A stretch of DNA of 63,804 nt, filler included, from Choristocarpus tenellus KU-1152 (taxonomy: Eukaryota > Protista > Phaeophyceae): NCBI GenBank assembly GCA_964200185.2. It is 12 parts of 12 records of this genome, joined end to end, with 100 filler letters (N's around TTAATTAATTAA, not from the genome) between each part and the next. Parts side by side here need not be neighbours in the genome. Positions count along the whole stretch, not along the records: positions 1 to 17,752 come from CAXNAD020000630.1; positions 17,853 to 22,826 come from CAXNAD020012315.1; positions 22,927 to 26,834 come from CAXNAD020017212.1; 9 more parts are not named here. One strand, 5' to 3'. Of the stretch, positions 13,224 to 26,647 are shown piece after piece. A program made the translations under genes and the position numbers. The notes beneath the pieces were generated by a model. The model ran no database searches. It worked only from the letters and a program-made list of their open reading frames with translations, and had not been told where the DNA came from. The first letter of the stretch is position 1, and each line of letters opens with the position of its first letter.

Positions 13224-13951
13224 CTGCAACACGCGAGTGTGGGGGCGAGTTCTATTGAGGTTGAGATACACCTACAGAGGTGTAACTATAGAGGTGCAAG
13301 GAAACGTTGTGAACTTCGAGGGTATGCGGCAACAACCATATATTTCCCGTGCCTCTCGAGCAAACGTGTAACCCTGTCAAGGGATATGCACTCCACCATT
13401 GTTCATCCCGGAGATGTCGAGGTCAACCTCTGTAAGAACGCACATCTCAACAAGCAGATAGCCTCCTCAAACGCGACTTAACACAAGAGCGCATCATGGC
13501 TCTCTACTTCGTTCTATTAGCAACTTCCCTCCGCTTACGTGAATTCCCTACAGCAATTTGCCAATTTTCGTGTATCACTTGCTGGGAACGTTCCGCTTCA
13601 GGGTTGCCCCTACCTTTGTTGCATTATCTTTTCTCCTGAATAACATCGCAATTCAGGCTGGTCCAACCTAACAGTGCCCTTAAACTTGGTCTCTAACAGT
13701 ACTGGTACTTGTCTCACGGTATCGAGAACCAAGGCTATAGATGTTTCCTTCTCGGTCTTTGCTCTTTTTTGGCAGGGACTTTCACTGCAGCAACTTTTAA
13801 CATACTGAGGAAACATCGAAAAAAGGTTGAAAATAAGAGTACCTGAAAAAGGAAAACCGCCTTCCCAAGGTATCGGTTGGATCCAAAAAATATGTTTGTC
13901 GTATCTTTTGTGAACAAAAATGGCAGGACAGTTACTTGAAGCGCGAAGAAG

Positions 13952-14880
13952 ATGGCGAGAGGGATTTGCTTTGCGCTCATTGTAACTCTCGCGGTTGTGC
14001 TGGCACATGGGAGAAAGGATGAAGCGACAGGGAAAATATGGTCTGGACTCCCAACAATCAAACAAATCAGTGAAAGGGAAATAGAGGTTGGGGACAGAGA
14101 GATAGAGATTCGCGCGGCATTGGTTGAGCTTGGGCGAAGAGGAATGGGCATGATCCCGGCGCTGGAGGTGGATAAAGAACATACTTCAGCTGGGCACGTA
14201 AGGAATCTATAGAGTAGCTCAAGCTAAGAATGGAAGTATAGGAGAAGAAATAGCTGTGGAGGTGCAAAACAAGACGAGCAGAAAATGTAGGCCTTACCTT
14301 TCACAATCCCTGCAGTATCCAAGCCAGGATGCTATACTTCCCGAGTACTTAGGCGTCAGACGCCCTCCCGCCACGTGCCCCTTCTCTTTGGTATAATTAA
14401 TCTACCAACATCAGGTTGTCATCCCAGTAAACGTCAACCCCAACGATGTTAGCAGCATCTTAAGTATGGAAGATGACGAGTTGGGCCATTTGCTAGCAGT
14501 CCGAGCACTTCAAGGTAACGCCACCAGTGGTGTCGGTCCGTCTTTCTGGGCTGAAATAGGCAAGGACTACGTCGCCAATAACAGGTTGGCATCGATTTTA
14601 TGGTTTCTCACCCAGAATGTGTTTGTCTCCTAGATTACAACACATATAGTTGTATCGGACTTGCACCACCTCATGTTTCCAATCCGTACAATAACTTGGA
14701 ACTCGTTCGAACGTACGGTGGGCAGGTGGGATTGGGCTGGTGAGATAGCATCAGCTTCGTTGAGGCGATTCCCTGATGACGTTGATGTCCAGCTTATGTT
14801 TCTGACGATCATGACGAGTGGATCAATGCTCATGGCCACACACCTCCTGAAGGCGATGGTTAAGGCAGCCCTTGACGCAG
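13952..14880 (+). CDS. Unknown protein with N-terminal signal peptide and a TPR-like helix pair. Exons ~13952-14197, 14415-14584, 14726-~14880; probable further exons to ~16830
   Basis: Hydrophobic N-terminus MARGICFALIVTLAVVLAHG; GT donor at 14198. Phase-consistent join gives FWAEIGKDYVANNR|WDWAGEIASASLRRFPDDVDVQLMF, a TPR-like pattern. Coding-looking segments also at ~15450-15650 and ~16350-16483. Confidence 0.5.
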
Positions 14881-17752
14881 GTTTCCCCCATGGCAAGTCA
14901 AGAACAAACGGGGAAAGTAAAGTTCTAGATCTATTGATGGTTAACCCTCCGAGATAGGATATTTACTATAACCAGGAAGCTCCGTGATCCCTGAATTTGA
15001 TGGTGAAGCTCTTCTTGCAAATACGTCATATTGTCTACCCTGCCAACCACAGGAAGAATAGTCAACAACGAAACTAGAGGGTCAAAACTCAAATGTACAT
15101 ACCACACATATTTCTAAAAGTGCTTCTGCGATCATTTGATCATTCGAGCAGTAACATCCACCAAAGCTTGACAATATAACACAAATATTTAGGACTCTAA
15201 TGGGCCGAGTCACTCTTTTGCTGATTTCTTCGTCGGTGTTGTTGTAGAGAAATCCGAAACGTTCACTTCGACCATATTATTGTATCACACGAATACAACA
15301 CCATGCATATATTATGCAGCTACAAATATCCAGATACCAAAAGAAGCAGATATAGGAGGAACGCATACACCTCTTGCCAAACTGTAACCCTAATCATAAA
15401 TACACTCTCTGGATTAAGATGGCGATGTCCCCCCATGTCCTTTGGATAGATCAAGTACCTACAACCACTTTTGTAGGTTCATCATCAGAGCCACACTCTA
15501 TCTATCCAACCCTAACACCCCCTCAATCTGTTCTCGCAGAACGCGACTGGGGTTTTGAGAGTGCCTATTCGTGGGACTATCAAAAAGTCTGGATCAATGC
15601 AAGCACTGCGTACAACGACACCAGTTCGCAAACACATCCGGTTCGTGAATTGGAATCCTCTTAGGACCAGCTAAGCATATCTCGTGCGCCTTATCTCCAA
15701 TTCGGAAACAGTGCAACATACTTTTGCTGTGGATGAATTTTTTTAGATGAATATTATCTTTTTGTTGCCATTTTATCCACTGATAGAGATTCTGCAACGA
15801 GTTGTTGGTTCCTGCTATCATCAAGTTCATTTTGCTGAACAAATGCCACCATGAAGTCACCAAGGTTTCAAGTGTCACCAAAAGGGTTCTGCATCATTAA
15901 GAGCCAAGCCCTTGCCTTCTGCTTGAAGATGCTCACCTTAATGCAGAAGAACGATGTATTACTCTGCACTCTTCCTCTCCAGCTAGGTCATCACAGGAAT
16001 TGAGTCTACTCCGGTGCAATAATGTTCGGTGTTTTATTAGCAAGTGAATACAAGTGTGCCTACCTCTGGAGTCATACAACATATTGACTTGTACAGGAAT
16101 TGAGATGTACTGGAGACTGCTAGTAACACAAATATGTCATTCTTGTTCTGGTTAAATACCCCCTTCTGCCCACAGTTATCCTCCCCTGGATCTCTCACAG
16201 TCAGGAACTACCGATACTCCCTATCTGCTACCCACCTCTTGTGTTACTGAATTGTTACTGAATTCACCTGTTCTCTCCGTCTTACTTAGCCTGGGACCAG
16301 TCCTGCCATCCATGTCAATCCTAGCATTGTATTGCTCAGACCTATGCACAGGATGGTAGATTCACTTAGAATCGAGCGAGTGCATGAGGTACAAGGGCAA
16401 CCCAAGGCTGGGGAGTTGAGTCTGGAGGATTGCAGTTTGGTGCTACATATCGTCAACGGAACCCTGATTGCCCTGGGGAAAGAGGTGTTTGGGGATCCCC
16501 TAAGATCCGGATGGTGGGTACAGCAGGAAAGTTTAAATATAAATGTTTCAGGCGTAGGAGTGTGGAATAATAACCAATTCATGCCATGATTAACAGTTTT
16601 TTTACTCCATTTTTACAATGGAGCCTTGACCTTCACTGGTGTTCCAAGCTATGTATTTGGGGTGCTAGTCACATCATATGATACACCCTAGCTGATCCCC
16701 AGCAATATGTACTACTCCCAAACACGGACAGGCTGTGTATTGTTTCCATCATTGGTTCGTAGTAGTGCTCTATGAAAAACCAACAGGAAGGCTATGCAGT
16801 ACATGATGTGGAACGAATATATTGGGCTTAACACTTATCAGTAAATCACACAACGGATTAACACACTACCAGGTACCATTCTCTTGGTAAGATGTACGAT
16901 ATGTTGGGAGAATATCGCCAGGCATTTGACAGCTGGATGATGGGAAACCACATCATGAACAGGTGAGTGTCTATTAATCCACCTGGTATAATTCACTATA
17001 TCATATACTATATTTGAGTGTATAGCATGTCTCCGAACCCCAAACAAAAGCCATTGCACAATACAATATTCAGTATATCAAAGGGTTAGGTTGGATATTT
17101 ATGATACAACTGTGCTTTTTCTGTCACAATGCTTAGCTCTCATCAAAGTGAACAGAACAGAGGTATGAGAGTCACTTGAAAAAGCCGTTGATGCACACAC
17201 TCCTAACTACAAACCACCGACTGAAGAGCTCATCACCAGATAAACAAACAGATATCTCACTCATAACACAAACTGTTTCAATCCAGTATGCTCGCCTCAT
17301 TCAATTGTGTTGATCTCATTCATTTACTGTCACTTGTTTGAATTTATCTCTTCAACACGTTCTTTCTAGGTCATATACTGGATCTCGTTTACCCTTGCCT
17401 CCCTTCACACCTCTGATTTCGTTTCATATAATATCACAAAGATTCTGGTGGCACACTGGCAAGGGCTTGGCAGCAGCCAATATGCAAGCTGCAGCGGCTG
17501 CTGTTAAGGGGGGCTTGATGGAAAGGCTCCGGCGACCTAAGGACCCAGTGGTCACAAGTGAGAGAAGTTCATATGTGCCATGAGTCAGAGTGATAGAGAT
17601 ATATAGAGTTCCACTCCTAAGAACTGACTGAAAACCTTGATAAAAAAAAAAGCACCTCAGAAGTACTCACAAGCACTCAGGAGAAATCACCCTCACCAAC
17701 TTCCAAGACTGCATTCAGCTCATATGTGCCAAGGCTCAAAGTATCTGGGAGG

Positions 17753-17852
17753 NNNNNNNNNNNNNNNNNNNNNNNNNNNNNNNNNNNNNNNNNNNNTTAA
17801 TTAATTAANNNNNNNNNNNNNNNNNNNNNNNNNNNNNNNNNNNNNNNNNNNN
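17753..17852. other. Artificial contig linker (N-run, TTAATTAATTAA, N-run). Identical linkers at 22827, 26835, 31141, 34380, 38106, 43048, 50658, 54545, 58441 and 61144
   Basis: Identical 100-nt blocks carrying stop codons in all six frames. Confidence 0.98.
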
Positions 17853-17869
17853 CAGATACTTTGGGCCCC

Positions 17870-18895
17870 GACTTACAGATCTGAACACTTGGTGGTGTAT
17901 TTTATATTGTATTATTATGCCCTCTGACATTCTGCAGATGCGTCGGAGGAAAAAACGATGAAAAGTCCATTCAATATCATCAGAACAGTCCCTGAAAAAG
18001 CATAAGTTGTCGTAAATGGGAAAAATATCTGTTACTTATTTACTATTTTACTACCAGCTATGCTACACCACCACCCTCCTATGCCTCCAACCTAGCTTAG
18101 GACTACACCACAGGGCGAGGAGCTAGGGAAGTATCCCAAGAATCTGACAGACCCCTCCTTGCCCATCTCCCTGGTGTCTCCAGCTTGAAACGCATGACAC
18201 GTCTTGATAGAGCCACTTGTGTTGTGACGGACACTATCTGTGGTAAACGGGATTTGACAGCTCCTTTCCTGCTGTAGGCTCCTGGCCCTCTCCCCTCTAC
18301 CACTTGCGTAGCAAACTCATCCAGGAAACTTTCCACTTGCTTGCCGAGGTACCCAAAAGTTTCCACCACGAAGGTGTTGAGGTTAAAACTACAAGGGTTA
18401 ATAGAACCCTCGTAGTGGGTGTGCTGTCGCGCCTCAGCTGTAGCAGCACCTACACCATTGCTAGTGGATGAATGCTGCAGATGGGAGGCTGCTTGTACTT
18501 CTGCAAACGTGACATCCAGGAGGAGGTCTTTATCATGATAGGGGGCTGATCTGGCGTCCGCAAGTGCCCCAGCATGGAAGACCAGTTCCATGCGGAAATT
18601 CCGGTCCACTGTGAATGGGCCACTGTCCTCCATAGTGCCAGGGGTGCCCATTCATTTGCAGAGTTGACCTAGACTCTTCGCCATTGGTATATGTTGGCGG
18701 ACCTGACCCCCTGCCCTAGGCCAGGCATGATCATGTCTAGTGTCCACGTCTTGCCTCCTGCACCCAGCCACCAGGCACCTGTTGGATGGGGCCTCCTCCC
18801 TCCCTAGGGATCTGGCGGTAGTGAGTCTAAACTCTATGGGAGGGATCTGGCATGCTGGTTTCAGAGGTTATGTGGAGGCTCATGCATTTGCCCCT
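17870..18895 (-). mobile_element. 3' part of an RLE-endonuclease (CRE/R2-like) non-LTR retrotransposon, degenerate, with 3' UTR
   Basis: Zinc-knuckle region (NRCLVAGCRRQDVDTRH) followed by RME...DLLLDVTFAE...AATAEARQHTHY...FVVETFGYLG, typical of the restriction-like endonuclease domain; stops upstream. Confidence 0.75.
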
Positions 18896-20799
18896 GTGTA
18901 TTTTATATCGAGGGTATGGTATTGACAGGGTGATTTTATTGGTTTTGATATCTACCTCTTACGCATTTTACACATACTAAAATAATAGTTTTTAATTTGA
19001 AAATAATTTTTAAATACAAATTAATCTTTTGTTTTGCTCACGAATTCTGCATTATTATGATTATTTTATTCTACGTTTGTATTCCTCCCTATTCCCTTTT
19101 CTCCCCACATTCTAACAACCCTTGTGACCAACCAGTGCGACCTCTTTGCCACTGATTTCCAGCCACCGTCCACCTCTGATGACCAACCAGGGCGAACCCC
19201 TTTCGCCACTGATTTCCGGTCTGTACCACCCCTTTCAACACTATTCTACCCCACTCAACCCCACCCCACTTACCACTCCACCACACCATTTAGCACCACT
19301 CAACACCACTCCACAATCTTCCAAGAACCCCCCTCCATCATCCCCTTCATATCGTGCCTTTAAGGTAGAAGACATCTATCCTGCCCGAACTTGACCTCCC
19401 CTCCCACCCTAAGATCCAAGTCGGTCGTGAGCAATCGACAGGGTGGGTGGGCGGGAAAGCTTGCTCGGGGGTCCTCTTGATCTAGCCCTCCTCGTCTTGT
19501 CCCCCAGCCTCAGGTTTCCTCTTCGATTCAATACTATCCATTCCTTCGCCCCTTGTGCCTCTGTCTGCCACCTATTTTCTTAACCACTCAATCTTTAACT
19601 CTTTGTTCCCTCCTTGATGCTATTATTTCTTTACTGTCCCCTTCCTTGCCTTGTGCCCCCAACCAACCAGAATTCTTCCGCCCACAAAACTCAGATTACT
19701 TCATAAACTTTTCCATATACTCAAACCAGAAACCTGGTATAATTCATATATTATTTTGTCCTTTGACATTTTGCAGAAGTGTCACGACAAGGACCTCCAT
19801 AAAAATAACAGTAGTTGTCATTAATGTGAAAGGTTGGGGGTCTTGACTCAAAAAACATTTTATATTTGAATTATTGTCATACAACGATACTCCCTTTAAG
19901 GTTTGTATCTACAACCTAAATATATATATATATATATATTGGTGGTACACCTCGAACCTACCTTGGTCCTACAACGGTGGGCAGGGAGCTAGAGAAGCAT
20001 CCCAATAAATATGACATGTTTTCCAGGGAGTAGGGAGCCCACTTGAACGCCACCTTACCTCCACATAAAAATTCTTCCCACGTTTACCCATCCACGGTTT
20101 CAAACTCTTCAAGTTCTACTGACACGAAGATCAGTGACTTGCTGGAGCACACTAAATACTACTATGTAGTAAGTGCTAAATATGTATATGGCACCTTAAT
20201 CAAGAATCAAACCAACTGAGGAGAGGTAAGCGGGTTTGGAACCTTACGCGGTCTAAGCCATCTTTCTTACCCTGTTGCAATATACTCTATTTCATTGCTG
20301 TATATTATCCACAATCGTGTAACACGCAAAATTGACACTTAACCTTTCCACACATAAAGTAACATCACAATTCAGCAAAGAAGGCTCCTTCAACAATTGT
20401 ACAAAACGACGCATCTTTACTCTTCCTTGCCATACTTAAAATGCAACCCAACCTACCTCTCAATTCGATAAACTCTCAACCAAATTCGAACATCTAAAAA
20501 TGATCGCCATATATATGCGTTAGGAAACTCACTTCCATTTAATAATCTTTTCCATACATCATTAAATTTACCAATGGAAAACAATGCAAACCTCCTAGCC
20601 ACCAAACTCAGTGAGGTTATCCACTTGGTGACGAGAAATCAATGATGGAACGCTTTTTGAAGGTGAGGTTACATAATTCACGTTTATTCGATATATTGGG
20701 TTAGGGTTAGGGATAGGTAGTAATTGTGAATTCCAAAAAAAACAAAAAACATTCCTGAACAGCAAATCACTTCAAGCAATTAGTAGACCTATATCGTTC

Positions 20800-21625
20800 A
20801 ATTTTTTCTGAGATTTTGCATTCTTTGAACTTACTCTCAATTCTCAACGTCGAGAGTAAAGACTTGGTCGGAGGTGAAGCCTCTGGACAGGGCGGATTGT
20901 CTAATGCGGCTTCTGCTGATATTAGGCGTCGTTTTTTGCCTTTGGTCAAATGTTCGAAGCCAAAACCTCTCTTGCTCCACGGCAAGCTGTGGAATCGTGA
21001 CCTGGTGGGGATGTGTGATAGTACAAGTTTTCTACCTAGATGCTGTCACAGAACGTCGAGGGATCATTATGTGGACAAGGAGCAGAGAGCTCTGAATGAC
21101 CTTGACTCCTCCTTGAAACCCAGATGTGTTTTTTGAGGATATCCACCTGGAAGTCAATGGCCTTCTACATCAAGCGATCTTTTACAAATCTTGCCTGAAT
21201 ATTGTGTCCTTGCGTACCCCTCATACAGCGACCCCGGTTACGAGCTGAATGTGGCTCTTGTTGGTGAAGACCTCTCTATCAGTTGTGACACTTGTGCTGA
21301 AGGCTTCGCAAAATCGACGACGGGTCCAGAGTAAGTTCTTAACTTGAATTGTAACACAAAATATTATAGACGGCCTCAGGTGTTCTGATATGTCCCGTAA
21401 TTCCTTGTCTTGGACAGAATTGTTCCAGCCACCCCTCAACTACCCCTTCGTAGATTCCTGCCCACATTTAGTATTTGAATAGAATTCATCTCAAGCTTTT
21501 TATCATACACCGTTCCATTGTTACTGTTACATAGGTCCTGCACAGCTTGTAAGGACGGGTTAATATCCAACACCAACTTCACGGAGTGTGAGCTGGAACA
21601 GGGCTACTGGAGAACCAGTAACGGT
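20800..21625 (+). pseudogene. Possible decayed Cys-rich surface/adhesin-like gene fragments
   Basis: Segments with splice signals translate as SCDTCAEGFAKSTTGP and SCTACKDGLISNTNFTECELEQGYWRTSN; one in-frame stop near 21134. Confidence 0.3.
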
Positions 21626-23177
21626 GACTATTACTAGTAGGGGTTGGCAAGTTTAGGACGCTTACTTCGGTATGTAGACGTATGAACCAACTTCAAAAAT
21701 ACCACGTGTGTACATCAAATGCAACACATACTACATCACAGGGTTGGAATGGACTGTGAGGGTGAGCCCTTCATCCTGCCATCTCTACTTTTATCGGCTG
21801 GACAATATAAGCAAGGTTGGGACATTATCCTTGCCTAACTTAATCATACCTGGCAGAGAAATATATTAGATCCAAGTTCGTACGACAGTAGATGTCGATT
21901 CATACTCGATGCATCGTGTTCTTGTCTTCCATCTCTGTCCTCTATCGAGTATTGCACAAGATTCACGTTGTGATGGTCTTCTGCATTTGGATCTCTCCTT
22001 GGGATAGCATTAGGCACTGCAGTGTCGTTAGGGATGTTTTGTTTTGTTAGCATTTCTGTTCATCAAGAACTAGTTGCTGCACCAGTACAGGAATGCGAAA
22101 AGATGGTTTCATGGTGGCATCCCTCTGGGTCAAGCAAATCCTTGTGATTCCCACCGCAACTGTTTAGAAGGTACTGTGTTGTTCCATCGTTGTGCCGCGA
22201 ATCAGCTTGCTTGGTTTTCTTCTCAAGAAGTTGAGGGTATCTTGTGATGGTGTTGATGAACATCTCCCCACTCCCCTCCCTTTCCCTCACATTGCATGCT
22301 GTCTCCAGATGAAACAGCTGAGGTATACGAATGCCCTAACTCCGCTGCCTGTATTGGTGGCGAGTCCATATGTGCATCAGGATTCACTGGGTATTGTAAG
22401 TTCAACACACTATACTAAAACCACACCACAATCGCCATAGTGATCATGCTTGCCATACTTGTGAATTTATATTGTGATTTACCTTCATACTCCTGTGTGC
22501 TAGTCTTCTCCCTAATAGCACACTAATGCTATGAATGCTTTGTTGTTCTGTTTCTACGCTTCATGTATGGTGTGATTTGATCTCACCCTCTGATCTCCCC
22601 TCTTTACAAGTATTTTTTCACTTCAAGAGTATAAAGGAAACCACACGGGTGGGTAGGGGCGGGGGGTAGGGGAAGGGGTAACACGCTGCCCACTAAATGC
22701 CTACTTTTAGTACCTTGAAGTCAATACATCACCTCAAAGAAAGTTCCCCCCCCTCCCCCCCCCAACCCCCCCATCTTCTCCCCCACCGTGACACCCCCCT
22801 ATCCCGTTGCCCTAAACCTTACCACCNNNNNNNNNNNNNNNNNNNNNNNNNNNNNNNNNNNNNNNNNNNNTTAATTAATTAANNNNNNNNNNNNNNNNNN
22901 NNNNNNNNNNNNNNNNNNNNNNNNNNCCATGCCCCTCCCTCCACGAAACCCCCCAACTTGCGGGCGCCCCCCCCCCCCCGTTAAAATGAACAAAGGAACA
23001 GCACATATCCCACATCCCCACAAACAAACCGACCGCCTTCCATGTTCTTATGCTGTGTGTACGGACAATTAAATCATTGGTGACAACTCTAATCACAACT
23101 CTAATCACAACTCTAATCACAACTCTCCCAGCTCTTAACTATGCCCCTCCTCTTTGGGTCAATGCGTCCAATCACAG

Positions 23178-26100
23178 CACTTGGAGGAATTCCTAGATCA
23201 ACTGGAGGCTCAGAAGGGCGTGACTGGGTACCGTAAGACTCATGCCAGCCTTGTTGCAAAGTCCGAGCAGACAGCTCAGGTGTGCACAAAAAACCTTCAT
23301 ATTGATAATAAGAAAGGTGGCAATTAGGCACATGAACAGGATATGTATGGGAGTTGAAGTTGGGCGGAAGGGAAGCAGGGGAGGAGTTGGTACAAGGGAG
23401 AAAAAGGTATGGGGGAGGCCAGAAGGGAAAGGGTGTCAGAGGGAGAGATGTAGCAATTGGGGTACCAGAGCAGGTTGTTGGGAATATGATAGAGGAGGCG
23501 GTGCCTTTGTGGGAATGGTTTTTAGGGGAAAAGGTATGAAGGGGAAGCATACCGTTGCTCTTGAACTGAAGCTGTAGATACCTAGCTGTATCTACTGACA
23601 AGGGCCTGATTACAGATTTCTCCGAGCTTTCCCATGAAACAGGTAGGTAGTTGCCTCCTTGGTTGCTTGATATGAGCCGTTGAACCTTTTCCTGTGTCAA
23701 TAGTTTGCTTGTCACTCTTACATCAAGAGTAATTGTTTTTGCATTGTGTGCAAAAGGTGTCCTATAGGGGACTGATTGGTATCCTACAGGGGACTGATTG
23801 GTGTCCTACAGGGGACTGATTGGTGTCCTACAGGGGACTGATTATTCTGAGCCTTTCTCTCTTTCTCGCACATAAAAAAAATAAGTGGCAACCCATCCAA
23901 CTGCCCCTGCTTGACATTAATTAGTGACATTAATTAGTCACATCACTGCTGCGAGCACTGCTTCCCTCAAGTTGCTCTCAACAGTGGAGACTTTTTCCAT
24001 GGTAGCAGGGAAACATATAGCCAGGGCTTCCCCCTATTTTCATCAAGGGAGCTCTGCCACAAATCATCATCAGTAACCCCTCATCCAGGAAACACACGAC
24101 TTAGTCCTACTCTCCCCTGAAAGTATCCACTCTCCCCTCGCCTAGTTTCCAAAATTGGTGTCAACCTGACTCCATCAACTCATGGAACCCTGCCAACCAT
24201 ATCACCTATAAATGGTCAAGACTGCTGGTTGAAATCTTGTGCAATAGTGACTAGGGTTAGGGTTACCAGATGCGTGTCTTGTAGCTGTGAGATAGGATAT
24301 GGCACATGGAGGCAAATGTGTCATTATGTTAAAGGGTTAGAGTTGACTAGATAGTAGATGTGGATGGTCGAGATAGGTCTATCGAACCCACCCCATTCAC
24401 TCTCTTCTTAAGGATATTTGCATAACGGGGGCTGCTATTACAACTACTGCAGTGATATTGGGTTTTTCCAGGACGCATCAGTTCACTTCAACACGCTAGC
24501 TTTTCCTCTCCCCACTCCTACAATGCTGCCCTCAATCTGAATATGAGTGATGACCTATCCCATACTGACTTCTTCCCTCCTGTCCAAGTTGGCAAGCTTC
24601 CTGCACCGGGCACAAATGTGTATATTTAAGAAAACAGTTTCGAGGACATGCCCCTTCAACCTGTACTTTCCTATGCCTATCCCAGCACACCTACCTGTCT
24701 TCACCTTGTCCTTGACCCAGATTCTGCTTCTTTCCTACCATGAGCTCACAGACTGCCCATAGTATTCTAGAAGGGGGGGAGGGTGGGGGGGGTTGGTTTA
24801 GCCCTAGCGGTCCATTTCGGGTTTGATGAGGTGTTGTAAGATACCCCAGTTTCATGTCCGTTTTGCAGGTAATTTTTATTTCGGTTTGTTTCAGGCAGGG
24901 GGATGGAAAAGGAAGGTGCGTTCAGATGAAGAAAATTGCCATTACATCTGACACGTCCACTCGTGTGACATGAAACTACCACAGGGTCACACAGAACCTG
25001 AATGGACGCCTGAACCCCCCTCTAGGGTACAATGGGCGTGACCTCACTGTCCTTATTTTCCCTGCCCCTAGTATTTTGGCCCTGCACTTATGTCTCTTCT
25101 GACCACTGTATCCACCCCTTACATTGCGCTCTATCATCCGCCTTCCACCCTCCTCCTCCTCCTCCTCCTCCTCCTCTTCCTCCTTCTCACCCTGTCCATT
25201 TTGTAACACCACCCTCAATTACCTCACCTGCTCTGGTTCCGTCACTGTCCTTATATCTTGGTTCCTTTTTGGCGCTGTTGGTGTATAGGTGGACGCAGTT
25301 AAGGGACAGACCCTATCGGATATTTCATCACTAGTAAATACAATCACAAACGAGCTCAAGGTTCGCAAGCAACGGTGAGAGCTGACTCAATTCCACATTA
25401 CCATCCCCACTTGAGATAGATATTCTTCAGAGTTGAGAGAGTAACCCTGTGCACTGCAAAGAGATGGGGGAGTGTTCAGAGGAAGCACGGGATCTGCAGG
25501 AGAAAAGGGAATCGAAGCACTGATGGCCAGGGGTCCGAAGGGGGTCGGTTAGTAGAGGGGGGGTAGTGTTGAAGAGAAGGGCATGAAGAGATGTAGAAGC
25601 ATGGAGGAACAATGTAGAGAGGAAGGCGCGCATGCAGTACAAGAGATAGACTTCAAGCCACAGGTGTATTTCACTCTCTGACAATCATGTTCGAATGTCT
25701 GCTTGTATTAGTAATCAAAATGGACTGAGGTAGTGCTCAGGTATGGAATAGACTCCAAATTCAGGGCTCTATACAGACCAGACCATCACACTTCCCCCCA
25801 TTCCCATCATCTAACTTATGGTGCTGATATCTGGGCTTGTTCCTGCCAACCTTTTTTTATTGTACACGACAAACAACAGACGGAATTCACACAAACGCAA
25901 CATCCATTCTACCACTTCTATTATCTCAAGCCTCCTTCCACTTCCCCTTCCCCACCTCATTGCTTCCCCCTAGTACACCTGCAGCATCCTCCTCCAAACT
26001 CTCTATCTCTACACCACCACTACGTCCTCTTCTGCCTGCCAGCCCGTATTATTCTCGTTGCCCACTGCTTCATCTGCCCCCAAGCCTCCACTCCTATCAA

Positions 26101-26647
26101 CACGCTAATCATTTCACCCCTCGCCATCTTCCCTTCCCCCCTGGAACCTATCTTGAATCACCTATCTTGAATCAGGTTGCGACCGTTGATTGAGGAGCTC
26201 AAGGACCTACGAAAGAAATGGGTGGAGGTTGATATGGAGTACCAACAAAAGAAAGGAGTCTACGAAAAGGTGCCCTTCCCACTCCCATTATCCCCCTCTT
26301 CCTTTCCCCTTGCCCTCCCTCGTCTGCTACAAAACTACTCCAGAGTAGAAGTGACCGTTACTTGCATGTCTTAGACCGGTAGATCCCTTGTCTTCCCCCT
26401 CCCATGTGCAATCGATTTCTGCTAAAAAAAAAAATAACAAAACGCCTGGACTCAAGTGTGTGCTTGCTCCCTTTGACCCTCCTCTGGCGAAGGTGGCTGT
26501 GGGATTGGAGGTGGAACGGCAACAGCTGGAGCAGGTGTGCAATGCCGAGCAAGAGGACGCACTTCGAGAAGAAAGTCGATACCACTACCTCCAGAGCCTT
26601 TGTACCATTGGTGAAGTCAACGTCCAGCGAATTCGCCAGGAGGAAAG
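23178..26647 (+). CDS. IFT81: Intraflagellar transport protein 81, internal fragment. Exons 23178-23279, 25289-25374, 26176-26269, 26493-26647
   Basis: Spliced in consistent phase: HLEEFLDQLEAQKGVTGYRKTHASLVAKSEQTAQ|VDAVKGQTLSDISSLVNTITNELKVRKQR|LRPLIEELKDLRKKWVEVDMEYQQKKGVYEK|VAVGLEVERQQLEQVCNAEQEDALREESRYHYL. This matches the IFT81 C-terminal coiled coil as recalled. Confidence 0.88.
23756..23842. repeat. 22-bp tandem repeat x4 (ggtgtcctacaggggactgatt)
   Basis: Direct tandem copies. Confidence 0.9.
24755..25038. mobile_element. MITE-like element in an IFT81 intron
   Basis: TIR GCCCATAGTATTCTAGAAGGGG...CCCCCTCTAGGGTACAATGGGC; subterminal GTCCATT/AATGGAC as in the other MITEs of this window. 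Confidence 0.6.

Noticed and set aside
12954-13481. 175-aa plus-strand ORF, and the 13610-14182 minus-strand ORF
   Set aside because: They are antisense shadows of real exons with no recognisable motifs.
14316-14957. Single frame with in-frame TAA/TAG suggesting stop-codon reassignment
   Set aside because: Both stops fall inside plausible introns, and the other genes use the standard code.
17797-17808. Recurrent TTAATTAATTAA palindrome
   Set aside because: It is always centred in identical N-runs, so it is an artificial six-frame-stop contig spacer. Gene neighbourhoods across linkers (e.g. Mx with NACHT as a 'defence island') cannot be inferred.
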